A stretch of 64,000 nucleotides of DNA from the human T2T-CHM13v2.0 reference genome, Homo sapiens: the NCBI RefSeq assembly GCF_009914755.1, contig NC_060948.1; one strand, 5' to 3'. The position numbers were made by a program, and so were the translations under genes. The notes beneath the pieces are model-generated. The model was given only the letters and a program-made list of their open reading frames with translations, searched no databases and was not told where the DNA came from. Below are positions 48,001-63,000 of this stretch, one piece after another (the stretch's first letter is position 1; the number at the start of each line of letters is the position of its first letter).

Positions 48001-51000
48001 GGAATGGAATCGAATGAAATGGAGTCAAAAGGAATGGAATCGAATGGCAAGAAATCGAATGTAATGGAATCGCAAGGAATTGATGTGAACGGAACGGAAT
48101 GGAATGGAATCCAAAGGAATGGAATAGAATGGAATGGAATCGAATGGAAAGGACTCGAATGGAAATCACTCGAATAGAATGCAATTTAATAAAATAGGAT
48201 CAAATGTAATGGAATGGAATGGAAAGGAATCGAAACGAAAGGAATGGAGACAGATGGAATGGAATGGAACAGAGAGCAATGGTATAGAATGGAATGGAAT
48301 CATCTGGAATGGAATTGAATGGAATGGAATAATATGAAATGGAATGGAATGGAATGGAATGGAATGCCCTTGAATTAAATGGACTGGAATGGAATGGACT
48401 CGAACAGAGTGGAATGGAAAGTGTTGAGATAGAATGGAATGGACTCCTTTGGAATGGTGTAGTATGCAATGCAATCGACTGGCAGGGAATCAAAAGGAAT
48501 GTAATCGAATGGATTGGACTGGAATGCAATGGACTCGAATAGATTGGAAACGGAATGCAAAGGAATGGAATGGAATAGTATGGAATGGAATGGAAAGGAA
48601 TGGAGTGGAATAGACTAGAGTGGAATGGAATGGACTGGAAAGCAATGGACTGGAATGGAACTTTCTTGAATGGACTGGAATCAAACGGAATGGAATGCAA
48701 TGCAATCAAATGGCATGGAATAAAATAGAATGTAAGAGAATCAAATGGAATTGAATCGAATGGAATCGAATGGATTGGAAAGGGATAGAATGGAATGGAA
48801 TGGAATTGACTCAAATGGAATGGACTAGAATGGAATGGATTCGAATGGAAGGCAAAGGAATGGAATCTATTGGAATGGACTGTAATGGAATGGAATGGAA
48901 GGGATTGGAATGGACTCGAATGGAATGGACTGCAATAGAAAGGATTCGAATGGAATGAAAAAGAATTGAATGGAATAGAACAGAATGGAATCAAATCGAA
49001 TGAAATGTAATGGAATAGAAAGGAATGGAATGAAATGGAATGGAAAGGATTCGAATGGAATGCAATCGAATGGAATGGAATCGAACGGAATGGAATAAAA
49101 TGGAAGAAAACTGGCAAGAAATGGAATCGAAATGAATGGAGTGTTATGGAACGGACTCAAAAGGAATTGAATGTAATAGAATGGAGTGGAGTGGACTCGA
49201 ATATAATGGACTGGAATGGAATGAAATCACATGGAATGGGAACGAATGGAATGGAATGGAAAGGAATGGAATCGAATGGAAAGGAATCGAATGGAAGGGA
49301 ATGAAATTGAATCAACAGGAATTGAAGGGAATAGAATAGACGGTAATGGAATGGACTCGAATAGAGTGGACACGAATGCTCAAATTGAATGGACTCGAAT
49401 GGAATGGAAATGAAAAGAATGTCATCGAATGGAATTGAATCGATTGGAATGAAATCGCATAGAATGGAGTGGAATCAAATGGAATTGAATCGAAAGGAAA
49501 GGAAGCGAATGGACTGAAATGAAATGGAATGGAATTGAATGGAAAGTAATGCAATGGAATAGAATGGAACGAAATTTCACGGTATGGAATCAAACTGAAT
49601 GGAATCAAATCAATGGAATCAAATCAAATGGAATGGAAAGGAATTGAATGGAGTAGATGGGATTGGATGGGATTGGAATGAAATGAACTGGAAAGGACTC
49701 GAATTTCATGAAACGGAATGGAATGAATTGGAACGGAACGGACTCGAATGGAATGGAATGTCATGGAATGGCATCAAATGGAATGGCATCAAATGAAATG
49801 GAATCGAATGCAATGGAATGCTATGGAATGGAATGGAATGCATTGGAATGGAATGTCCTCTAATGGAATGGATTCGAGTGGAATGGAATCGAATATAATG
49901 GAGTCGAATGAAATGGAATTGAAAGGAATGGGACCGAATACAATGGAATATACTGGAATGTAATGTAATGAACTCGAATGTAATTGACTGGAATGGAATG
50001 TACATGAATGGAATGTAATCGAATGGAAAGTAATCCAATGGAATAGAATCTATTGCAATAAAATCGACTCAAATAGAGTATAATGTAATGGAATGGAGTG
50101 CAGTGCAATGGAATGGAATGGAATGGAATGCAATGGAATGGAATGGAATGGAATGGAATGGGATGGAATGGGATGGAATGGATAGTAATGGACTGGAGTG
50201 AAATGGACTGGAAAGGAATGGACTCAAATTGAAAGGGCTCGAAAGGAATGGAGACAAATGGAATGGTCTGGAATGGAATGAACACGAATGTAATGCAATC
50301 CAATAGAATGGAGTCGAACGGCATGGAATATAAAGAAATGGAATCGAAGAGAATGGAAACAAATGGAATGGAATTGAATGGAATGGAATTGAATGGAATG
50401 GGAACGAATGGAGTGAAATTGTATGCAGTAGAAGGGAATAGAATGGAATGCAAGCGAAAGGAAAGGAATGGATTGGAATGGAATGGAATTCATTGGAATG
50501 GAAGGGAATGTAGTGTAATGGACAGGCCTGGAATAAAGTGGAATGCTACGGTCTCGAATGGAATAAAAATGTATGGAATGGAATGCAATGAAACGGAATC
50601 GAATGTCATAGAATGTAATGGAATGCAAAAAAATGGAATCCAAAATCATTGACTGGAAAGGCTAGGTGTCGAAAGGAATTGACTCCAATGGAATGGAATC
50701 GAATGGAATGGAAGTGAATAGAATCGAACTAAATCGAATGGAATGGAATTGATAGGAACGGAATGGAAAGGAATGCAATGATTTGGCATGGAATGGAATC
50801 GAATGGCATCGAATGGAATGGAATGGAATGCAATGGAATGGAATGTATTAGAATGTAATGAACTTTAATGGAATGTACTCGAATGGATTCGACTGGAATG
50901 GAATGTTCTGGAAGTGAATGGACTCCAATGGAATGGATTCAAAAGGAATGGAATCGTACGGAATGGAATTAAATGGAAATGAATCAAATTGAATAGCACG

Positions 51001-54000
51001 GAATTGAATTGAATGGAATGGAATGCAATGGAATCTAATGAAACGGAAAGGAAAGGAATGGAATGGAATGGAATGGGCTGGAATGGAAAGGAATCGAAAC
51101 GAATGGAATGGAATCGAACTGAAGAGACTGGAATGGAATGCACTGGAATGGAAGGGAGTGTAATGGAAGGTTCTCGAAAAAAATGGAATCGAATGGAATG
51201 GAATTGAATGGAACGGAATAGAGTCGAATGGAATTGAATGGAATGGAATGGACTAGATTGAAATGGAATCGAACCACAAGGAATGGACAGGAATAGAATG
51301 GTCTCGAATTGAATGGAATCGTATGGAATGGCATCAAACGGAATGGAATGGACAGCCACGGAATGGAATGCACTCGAATGCAATGGAGTCGAAACTAATG
51401 GACTGGAATAGAATGGACTCGACTGGTACGGACTCCAATGGAATGGAATCGAATGGAAGGGAATCGAACGGAATGGACTCGAAGGGAAAAGACTGCAATG
51501 GAAAGGTCTCGAATGGAATGGAAATTAATGGAATGGAATGGAATCGAATGAAATGGAGTCAAAAGGAATGGAATCGAATGGCAAGAAATCGAATGTAATG
51601 GAATCGCAAGGAATTGATGTGAACGGAACGGAATGGAATGGAATCCAAAGGAATGGAATAGAATGGAATGGAATCGAATGGAAAGGACTCGAATGGAAAT
51701 CACTCGAATAGAATGCAATTTAATAAAATAGGATCAAATGTAATGGAATGGAATGGAAAGGAATCGAAACGAAAGGAATGGAGACAGATGGAATGGAATG
51801 GAACAGAGAGCAATGGTATAGAATGGAATGGAATCATCTGGAATGGAATTGAATGGAATGGAATAATATGAAATGGAATGGAATGGAATGGAATGGAATG
51901 CCCTTGAATTAAATGGACTGGAATGGAATGGACTCGAACAGAGTGGAATGGAAAGTTTTGAGATACAATGGAATGGACTCCTTTGGAATGGTCTAGTATG
52001 CAATGCAATCGACTGGCAGGGAATCAAAAGGAATGTAATCGAATGGATTGGACTGGAATGCAATGGACTCGAATAGATTGGAAACGGAATGCAAAGGTAT
52101 GGAGTGGAATAGTATGGAATGGAATGGAAAGGAATGGAGTGGAATAGACTAGAGTGGAATGGAATGGACTGGAAAGCAATGGACTGGAATGGAACTTTCT
52201 TGAATGGACTGGAATGAAACGGAATGGAATGCAATGCAATCAAATGGCATGGAATAAAATAGAATGAAAGAGAATCAAATGGAATTGAATCGAATGGAAT
52301 CGAATGGATTGGAAAGGAATAGAATGGAATGGAATGGAATTCACTCAAATGGAATGGACTAGAATGGAATGGATTCGAATGGAAGGCAAAGGAATGGAAT
52401 CTTGGAATGGACTGTAATGGAATGGAATGGAAGGGATTGGAATGGACTCGAATGGAATGGACTGCAATAGAAAGGATTCGAATGGAATGAAAAAGAATTG
52501 AATGGAATAGAACAGAAAGGAATCAAATCGAATGAAATGGAATGGAATAGAAAGGAATGGAATGAAATGGAATGGAAAGGATTCGAATGGAATGCAATCG
52601 AGTGGAATGGAATCGAACGGAATGGAATAAAATGGAAGAAAACTGGCAAGAAATGGAATCGAAATGAATGGAGTGTTATGGAACGGACTCAAAAGGAATT
52701 GAATGTAATAGAATGGAGTGGAGTGGACTCGAATATAATGGACTGGAATGGAATGAAATCACATGGAATGGGAACGAATGGAATGGAATGGAAAGGAATG
52801 GAATCGAATGGAAAGGAATCGAATGGAAGGGAATGAAATTGAATCAACAGGAATGGAAGGGAATAGAATAGACGGTAATGGAATGGACTCGAATAGAATG
52901 GACACGAATGCTCAAATTGAATGGACTCGAATGGAATGGAAACGAAAGGAATGTCATCGAATGGAATTGAATCGATTGGAATGAAATCGCATAGAATGGA
53001 GTGGAATCAAATGGAATTGAATCGAAAGGAAAGGAAGCGAATGGACTGAAATGAAATGGAATGGAATTGAATGGAAAGTAATGCAATGGAATAGAATGGA
53101 ACGAAATTTCACGGAATGGAATCAAACTGAATGGAATCAAATCAATGGAATCAAATCAAATGGAATGGAAAGGAATTGAATGGAGTAGATTGGATTGGAT
53201 GGGATTGGAATGAAATGTACTGGAAAGGACTCGAATTTCATGAAACGGAATGGAATGAATTGGAACGGCATGGACTCGAATGGAATGGAATGTCATGGAA
53301 TGGCATCAAATGGAATGGCATCAAATGGAATGGAATCGAATGCAATGGAATGCTATGGAATGGAATGGAATGCATTGGAATGGAATGTCCTCTAATGGAA
53401 TGGATTCGAGTGGAATGGAATCGAATATAATGGAGTCGAATGAAATGGAATTGAAAGGAGTGGGATCGAATACAATGGAATATACTGGAATGTAATGTAA
53501 TGAACTCGAATGTAATTGACTGGAATGGAATGTACATGAATGGAATGTAATCGAATGGAAAGTAATCCAATGGAATAGAATCTAATGCAATAAAACCGAC
53601 TCAGATAGAGTAGAATGTAATGGAATGGAGTGCAGTGCAATGGAATGGAATGGAATGGAATGCAATGGAATGGAATGGAATGGAATGGAATGGAATGGAA
53701 TGGAATGGAATGGGATGGGATGGAATGGTATGGAATGGATAGTAATGGACTGGAGTGAAATGGACTGGAAAGGAATGGACTCAAATTGAAAGGGCTCGAA
53801 AGGAATGGAGTCAAATGGAATGGTCTGGAATGGAATGAACACGAATGTAATGCAATCCAATAGAATGGAATCGAATGGCATGGAATATAAAGAAATGGAA
53901 TCGAAGAGAATGGAAACAAATGGAATGGAATTGAATGGAATGGAATTGAATGGAATGGGAACGAATGGAGTGAAATTGTATGCAGTAGAAGGGAATAGAA

Positions 54001-57000
54001 TGGAATGCAAGCGAAAGGAAAGGAATGGATTGGAATGGAATGGAATTCATTGGAATGGAAGGGAATGTAGTGTAATGGACAGGCCTGGAATAAAGTGGAA
54101 TGCTACGGTCTCGAATGGAATAAAAATGTATGGAATGGAATGCAATGAAACGGAATCGAATGTCATAGAATGTAATGCAATGCAAAAAAATGGAATCCAA
54201 AATCATTGACTGGAAAGGCTAGGTGTCGAAAGGAATTGACTCCAATGGAATGGAATCGAATGGAATGGAAGTGAATAGAATCGAACTAAATCGAATGGAA
54301 TGGAATTGATAGGAACGGAATGGAAAGGAATGCAATGATTTGGCATGGAATGGAATCGAATGGCATCGAATGGAATGGAATGGAATGCAATGGAATGGAA
54401 TGTATTAGAATGTAATGAACTTTAATGGAATGTACTCGAATGGATTCGACTGGAATGGAATGTTCTGGAAGTGAATGGACTCCAATGGAATGGATTCAAA
54501 AGGAATGGAATCGTACGGAATGGAATCTAATGGAATGGAATTAAATGGAAATGAATCAAATTGAATAGCACGGAATTGAATTGAATGGAATGGAATGCAA
54601 TGGAATCTAATGAAACGGAAAGGAAAGGAATGGAATGGAATGGAATGGGCTGGAATGGAAAGGAATCGAAACGAATGGAATGGAATCGAAGTGAAGAGAC
54701 TGGAATGGAATGCACTGGAATGGAAGGGAGTGTAATGGAAGGTTCTCGAAAAAAATGGAATCGAATGGAATGGAATTGAATGGAACGGAATAGAGTCGAA
54801 TGGAATTGAATGGAATGGAATGGACTAGAGTGAAATGGAATCAAACCACAAGGAATGGACAGGAATAGAATGGTCTCGAATTGAATGGAATCGTATGGAA
54901 TGGCATCAAACGGAATGGAATGGACAGCCACGGAATGGAATGCACTCGAATGCAATGGAGTCGAAACTAATGGACTGGAATAGAATGGACTCGACTGGTA
55001 CGGACTCCAATGGAATGGAATCGAATGGAAGGGAATCGAACGGAATGGACTCGAAGGGAAAAGACTGCAATGGAAAGGTCTCGAATGGAATGGAAATTAA
55101 TGGAATGGAATGGAATCGAATGAAATGGAGTCAAAAGGAATGGAATCGAATGGCAAGAAATCGAATGTAATGGAATCGCAAGGAATTGATGTGAACGGAA
55201 CGGAATGGAATGGAATCCAAAGGAATGGAATAGAATGGAATGGAATCGAATGGAAAGGACTCGAATGGAAATCACTCGAATAGAATGCAATTTAATAAAA
55301 TAGGATCAAATGTAATGGAATGGAATGGAAAGGAATCGAAACGAAAGGAATGGAGACAGATGGAATGGAATGGAACAGAGAGCAATGGTATAGAATGGAA
55401 TGGAATCATCTGGAATGGAATTGAATGGAATGGAATAATATGAAATGGAATGGAATGGAATGGAATGGAATGCCCTTGAATTAAATGGACTGGAATGGAA
55501 TGGACTCAAACAGAGTGGAATGGAAAGTGTGGAGATAGAATGGAATGAAGTCCTTTGGAATGGTGTAGTATGCAATGCAATCGACTGGCAGGGAATCAAA
55601 AGGAATGTAATCGAATGGATTGGACTGGAATGCAATGGACTCGAATAGATTGGAAACGGAATGCAAAGGAATGGAATGGAATAGTATGGAATGCAATGGA
55701 AGGGAATGGAGTGGAATAGACTAGAGTGGAATGGAATGGACTGGAAAGCAATGGACTGGAATGGAACTTTCTTGGATGGACTGGAATCAAACGGAATGGA
55801 ATGCAATGCAATCAAATGGCATGGAATAAAATAGAATGAAAGAGAATCAAATGGAATTGAATCGAATGGAATCGAATGGATTGGAAAGGAATAGAATGGA
55901 ATGGAATGGAATGGACTCAAATGGAATGTACTAGAATGGAATGGATTCGAATGGAAGGCAAAGGAATGGAATCTATTGGAATGGACTGTAATGGAATGGA
56001 ATGGAAGGGATTGGAATGGACTCGAATGGAATGGACTGCAATAGAAAGGATTCGAATGGAATGAAAAAGAATTGAATGGAATAGAACAGAATGGAATCAA
56101 ATCGAATGAAATGGAATGGAATAGAAAGGAATGGAATGAAATGGAATGGAAAGGATTCGAATGGAATGCAATCGAATGGAATGGAATCGAACGGAATGGA
56201 ATAAAATGGAAGAAAACTGGCAAGAAATGGAATCGAAATGAATGGAGTGTTATGGAACGGACTCAAAAGGAATTGAATGTAATAGAATGGAGTGGAGTGG
56301 ACTCGAATATAATGGACTGGAATGGAATGAAATCACATGGAATGGGAACGAATGGAATGGAATGGAAAGGAATGGAATCGAATGGAAAGGAATCGAATGG
56401 AAGGGAATGAAATTGAATCAACACGAATGGAAGGGAATAGAATAGACTGTAATGGAATGGACTCGAATAGAATGGACACGAATGCTCAAATTAAATGGAC
56501 TCGAATGGAATGGAAACGAAAGGAATGTCATCGAATGGAATTGAATCGATTGGAATGAAATCGCATAGAATGGGGTGGAATCAAATGGAATTGAATCGAA
56601 AGGAAAGGAAGCGAATGGACTGAAATGAAATGGAATGGAATTGAATGGAAAGTAATGCAATGGAATAGAATGGAACGAAATTTCACGGAATGGAATCAAA
56701 CTGAATGGAATCAAATCAATGGAATCAAATCAAATGGAATGGAAAGGAATTGAATGGAGTAGATGGGATTGGATGGGATTGGAATGAAATGTACTGGAAA
56801 GGACTCGAATTTCATGAAACGGAATGGAATGAATTGGAACGGAATGGACTCGAATGGAATGGAATGTCATGGGATGGCATCAAATGGAATGACATCAAAT
56901 GGAATGGAATCGAATGCAATGGAATGCTATGGAATGGAATGGAATGCATTGGAATGGAATGTCCGCTAATGGAATGGATTCGAGTGGAATGGAATTGAAT

Positions 57001-60000
57001 ATAATGGAGTCGAATGAAATGGAATTGAAAGGAATGGGATCGAATACAATGGAATATACTGGAATGTAACGTAATGAACTCGAATGTAATTGACTGGAAT
57101 GGAATGTACATGAATGGAATGTAATCGAATGGAAAGTAATCCAATGGAATAGAATCTAATGCAATAAAATCGACTCAGATAGAGTAGAATGTAATGGAAT
57201 GGAGTGCAGTGCAATGGAATGGAATGGAATGGAATGCAATGGAATGGAATGGAATGGAATGGAATGGGATGGAATGGTATGGAATGGATAGTAATGGACT
57301 GGAGTGAAATGGACTGGAAAGGAATGGACTCAAATTGAAAGGTCTCGAAAGGAATGGAGTCAAATGGAATGGTCTGGAATGGAATGAACACGAATGTAAT
57401 GCAACCCAATAGAATGGAATCGAATGGCATGGAATATAAAGAAATGGAATCGAAGAGAATGGAAACAAATGGAATGGAATTGAATGGAATGGAATTGAAT
57501 GGAATGGGAACGAATGGAGTGAAATTGTATGCAGTAGAAGAGAATAGAATGGAATGCAAGCGAAAGGAAAGGAATGGATTGGAATGGAATGGAATTCATT
57601 GGAATGGAAGGGAATGTAGTGTAATGGACAGGCCTGGAATAAAGTGGAATGCTACGGTCTCGAATGGAATAAAAATGTATGGAATGGAATGCAATGAAAC
57701 GGAATCGAATGTCATAGAATATAATGGAATGCAAAAAAATGGAATCCAAAATCATTGACTGGAAAGGCTGGGTGTCGAAAGGAATTGACTCCAATGGAAT
57801 GGAATCGAATGGAATGGAAGTGAATAGAATCGAACTAAATCGAATGGAATGGAATTGATAGGAACGGAATGGAAAGGAATGCAATGATTTGGCATGGAAT
57901 GGAATCGAATGGCATCGAATGGAATGGAATGGAATGCAATGGAATGGAATGTATTAGAATGTAATGAACTTTAATGGAATGTACTCGAATGGATTCGACT
58001 GGAATGGAATGTTCTGGAAGTGAATGGACTCCAATGGAATGGATTCAAAAGGAATGGAATCGTACGGAATGGAATCTAATGGAATGGAATTAAATGGAAA
58101 TGAATCAAATTGAATAGCACGGAATTGAATTGAATGGAATGGAATGCAATGGAATCTAATGAAACGGAAAGGAAAGGAATGGAATGGAATGGAATGGGCT
58201 GGAATGGAAAGGAATCGAAACGAATGGAATGGAATCGAACTGAAGAGACTGGAATGGAATGCACTGGAATGGAAGGGAGTGTAATGGAAGGTTCTCGAAA
58301 AAAATGGAATCGAATGGAATGGAATTGAATGGAACGGAATAGAGTCGAATGGAATTGAATGGAATGGAATGGACTAGAGTGAAATGGAATCGAACCACAA
58401 GGAATGGACAGGAATAGAATGGTCTCGAATTGAATGGAATCGTATGGAATGGCATCAAACGGAATGGAATGGACAGCCACGGAATGGAATGCACTCGAAT
58501 GCAATGGAGTCGAAACTAATGGACTGGAATAGAATGGACTCGACTGGTACGGACTCCAATGGAATGGAATCGAATGGAAGGGAATCGAACGGAAGGGAAT
58601 CGAACGGAATGGACTCGAAGGGAAAAGACTGCAATGGAAAGGTCTCGAATGGAATGGAAATTAATGGAATGGAATGGAATCGAATGAAATGGAGTCAAAA
58701 GGAATGGAATCGAATGGCAAGAAATCGAATGTAATGGAATCGCCAGGAATTGATGTGAACGGAACGGAATGGAATGGAATCCAAAGGAATGGAATAGAAT
58801 GGAATGGAATCGAATGGAAAGGACTCGAATGGAAATCACTCGAATAGAATGCAATTTAATAAAATAGGATCAAATGTAATGGAATGGAATGGAAAGGAAT
58901 CGAAACGAAAGGAATGGAGACAGATGGAATGGAATGGAACAGAGAGCATTGGTATAGAATGGAATGGAATCATCTGGAATGGAATTGAATGGAATGGAAT
59001 AATATGAAATGGAATGGAATGGAATGGAATGGAATGCCCTTGAATTAAATGGACTGGAATGGAATGGACTCAAACAGAGTGGAATGGAAAGTGTGGAGAT
59101 AGAATGGAATGAACTCCTTTGGAATGGTGTAGTATGCAATGCAATCGACTGGCAGGGAATCAAAAGGTATGTAATCGAATGGATTGGACTGGAATGCAAA
59201 GGACTCGAATAGATTGGAAACGGAATGCAAAGGAATGGAATGGAATAGTATGGAATGCAATGGAAGGGAATGGAGTGGAATAGACTAGAGTGGAATGGAA
59301 TGGACTGGAAAGCAATGGACTGGAATGGAACTTTCTTGGATGGACTGGAATCAAACGGAATGGAATGCAGTGCAATCAAATGGCATGGAATAAAATAGAA
59401 TGAAAGAGAATCAAATGGAATTGAATCGAATGGAATCGAATGGATTGGAAAGGAATAGAATGGAATGGAATGGAATGGACTCAAATGGAATGGACTAGAA
59501 TGGAATGGATTCGAATGGAAGGCAAAGGAATGGAATCTATTGGAATGGACTGTAATGGAATGGAATGGAAGGGATTGGAATGGACTCGAATGGAATGGAC
59601 TGCAATAGAAAGGATTCGAATGGAATGAAAAAGAATTGAATGGAATAGAACAGAATGGAATCAAATCGAATGAAATGGAATGGAATAGAAAGGAATGGAA
59701 TGAAATGGAATGGAAAGGATTCGAATGGAATGCAATCGAATGGAATGGAATCGAACGGAATGGAATAAAATGGAAGAAAACTGGCAAGAAATGGAATCGA
59801 AATGAATGGAGTGTTATGGAACAGACTCAAAAGGAATTGAATGTAATAGAATGGAGTGGAGTGGACTCGAATATAATGGACTGGAATGGAATGAAATCAC
59901 ATGGAATGGGAACGAATGGAATGGAATGGAAAGGAATGGAATCGAATGGAAAGGAATCGAATGGAAGGGAATGAAATTGAATCAACACGAATGGAAGGGA

Positions 60001-63000
60001 TTAGAATAGACTGTAATGGAATGGACTCGAATAGAATGGACACGAATGCTCAAATTAAATGGACTCGAATGGAATGGAAACGAAAGGAATGTCATCGAAT
60101 GGAATTGAATCGATTGGAATGAAATCGCATAGAATGGAGTGGAATCAAATGGAATTGAATCGAAAGGAAAGGAAGCGAATGGACTGAAATGAAATGGAAT
60201 GGAATTGAATGGAAAGTAATGCAATGGAATAGAATGGAACGAAATTTCACGGAATGGAATCAAACTGAATGGAATCAAATCAATGGAATCAAATCAAATG
60301 GAATGGAAAGGAATTGAATGGAGTAGATGGGATTGGATGGGATTGGAATGAAATGTACTGGAAAGGACTCGAATTTCATGAAACGGAATGGAATGAATTG
60401 GAACGGAATGGACTCGAATGGAATGGAATGTCATGGGATGGCATCAAATGGAATGACATCAAATGGAATGGAATCGAATGCAATGGAATGCTATGGAATG
60501 GAATGGAATGCATTGGAATGGAATGTCCGCTAATGGAATGGATTCGAGTGGAATGGAATTGAATATAATGGAGTCGAATGAAATGGAATTGAAAGGAATG
60601 GGATCGAATACAATGGAATATACTGGAATGTAACGTAATGAACTCGAATGTAATTGACTGGAATGGAATGTACATGAATGGAATGTAATCGAATGGAAAG
60701 TAATCCAATGGAATAGAATCTAATGCAATAAAATCGACTCAGATAGAGTAGAATGTAATGGAATGGAGTGCAGTGCAATGGAATGGAATGGAATGGAATG
60801 CAATGGAATGGAATGGAATGGAATGGAATGGAATGGAATGGAATGGGATGGAATGGTATGGAATGGATAGTAATGGACTGGAGTGAAATGGACTGGAAAG
60901 GAATGGACTCAAATTGAAAGGGCTCGAAAGGAATGGAGTCAAATGGAATGGTCTGGAATGGAATGAACACGAATGTAATGCAACCCAATAGAATGGAATC
61001 GAATGGCATGGAATATAATGAAATGGAATCGAAGAGAATGGAAACAAATGGAATGGAATTGAATGGAATGGAATTGAATGGAATGGGAACGAATGGAGTG
61101 AAATTGTATGCAGTAGAAGAGAATAGAATGGAATGCAAGCGAAAGGAAAGGAATGGATTGGAATGGAATGGAATTCATTGGAATGGAAGGGAATGTAGTG
61201 TAATGGACAGGCCTGGAATAAAGTGGAATGCTACGGTCTCGAATGGAATAAAAATGTATGGAATGGAATGCAATGAAACGGAATCGAATGTCATAGAATG
61301 TAATGGAATGCAAAAAAATGGAATCCAAAATCATTGACTGGAAAGGCTGGGTGTCGAAAGGAATTGACTCCAATGGAATGGAATCGAATGGAATGGAAGT
61401 GAATAGAATCGAACTAAATCGAATGGAATGGAATTGATAGGAACGGAATGGAAAGGAATGCAATGATTTGGCATGGAATGGAATCGAATGGCATCGAATG
61501 GAATGGAATGGAATGCAATGGAATGGAATGTATTAGAATGTAATGAACTTTAATGGAATGTACTCGAATGGATTCGACTGGAATGGAATGTTCTGGAAGT
61601 GAATGGACTCCAATGGAATGGATTCAAAAGGAATGGAATCGTACGGAATGGAATCTAATGGAATGGAATTAAATGGAAATGAATCAAATTGAATAGCACG
61701 GAATTGAATTGAATGGAATGGAATGCAATGGAATCTAATGAAACGGAAAGGAAAGGAATGGAATGGAATGGAATGGGCTGGAATGGAAAGGAATCAAAAC
61801 GAATGGAATGGAATCGAAGTGAAGAGACTGGAATGGAATGCACTGGAATGGAAGGGAGTGTAATGGAAGGTTCTCGAAAAAAATGGAATCGAATGGAATG
61901 GAATTGAATGGAACGCAATAGAGTCGAATGGAATTGAATGGAATGGAATGGACTAGAGTGAAATGGAATCGAACCACAAGGAATGGACAGGAATAGAATG
62001 GTCTCGAATTGAATGGAATCGTATGGAATGGCATCAAACGGAATGGAATGGACAGCCACGGAATGGAATGCACTCGAATGCAATGGAGTCGAAACTAATG
62101 GACTGGAATAGAATGGACTCGACTGGTACGGACTCCAATGGAATGGAATCGAATGGAAGGGAATCGAACGGAATGGAAACGAACGGAATGGACTCGAAGG
62201 GAAAAGACTGCAATGGAAAGGTCTCGAATGGAATGGAAATTAATGGAATGGAATGGAATCGAATGAAATGGAGTCAAAAGGAATGGAATCGAATGGCAAG
62301 AAATCGAATGTAATGGAATCGCCAGGAATTGATGTGAACGGAACGGAATGGAATGGAATCCAAAGGAATGGAATAGAATGGAATGGAATCGAATGGAAAG
62401 GACTCGAATGGAAATCACTCGAATAGAATGCAATTTAATAAAATAGGATCAAATGTAATGGAATGGAATGGAAAGGAATCGAAACGAAAGGAATGGAGAC
62501 AGATGGAATGGAATGGAACAGAGAGCAATGGTATAGAATGGAATGGAATCATCTGGAATGGAATTGAATGGAATGGAATAATATGAAATGGAATGGAATG
62601 GAATGGAATGGAATGCCCTTGAATTAAATGGACTGGAATGGAATGGACTCAAACAGAGTGGAATGGAAAGTGTGGAGATAGAATGGAATGAACTCCTTTG
62701 GAATGGTGTAGTATGCAATGCAATCGACTGGCAGGGAATCAAAAGGAATGTAATCGAATGGATTGGACTGGAATGCAATGGACTCGAATAGATTGGAAAC
62801 GGAATGCAAAGGAATGGAATGGAATAGTATGGAATGCAATGGAAGGGAATGGAGTGGAATAGACTAGAGTGGAATGGAATGGACTGGAAAGCAATGGACT
62901 GGAATGGAACTTTCTTGGATGGACTGGAATCAAACGGAATGGAATGCAATGCAATCAAATGGCATGGAATAAATTAGAATGAAAGAGAATCAAATGGAAT

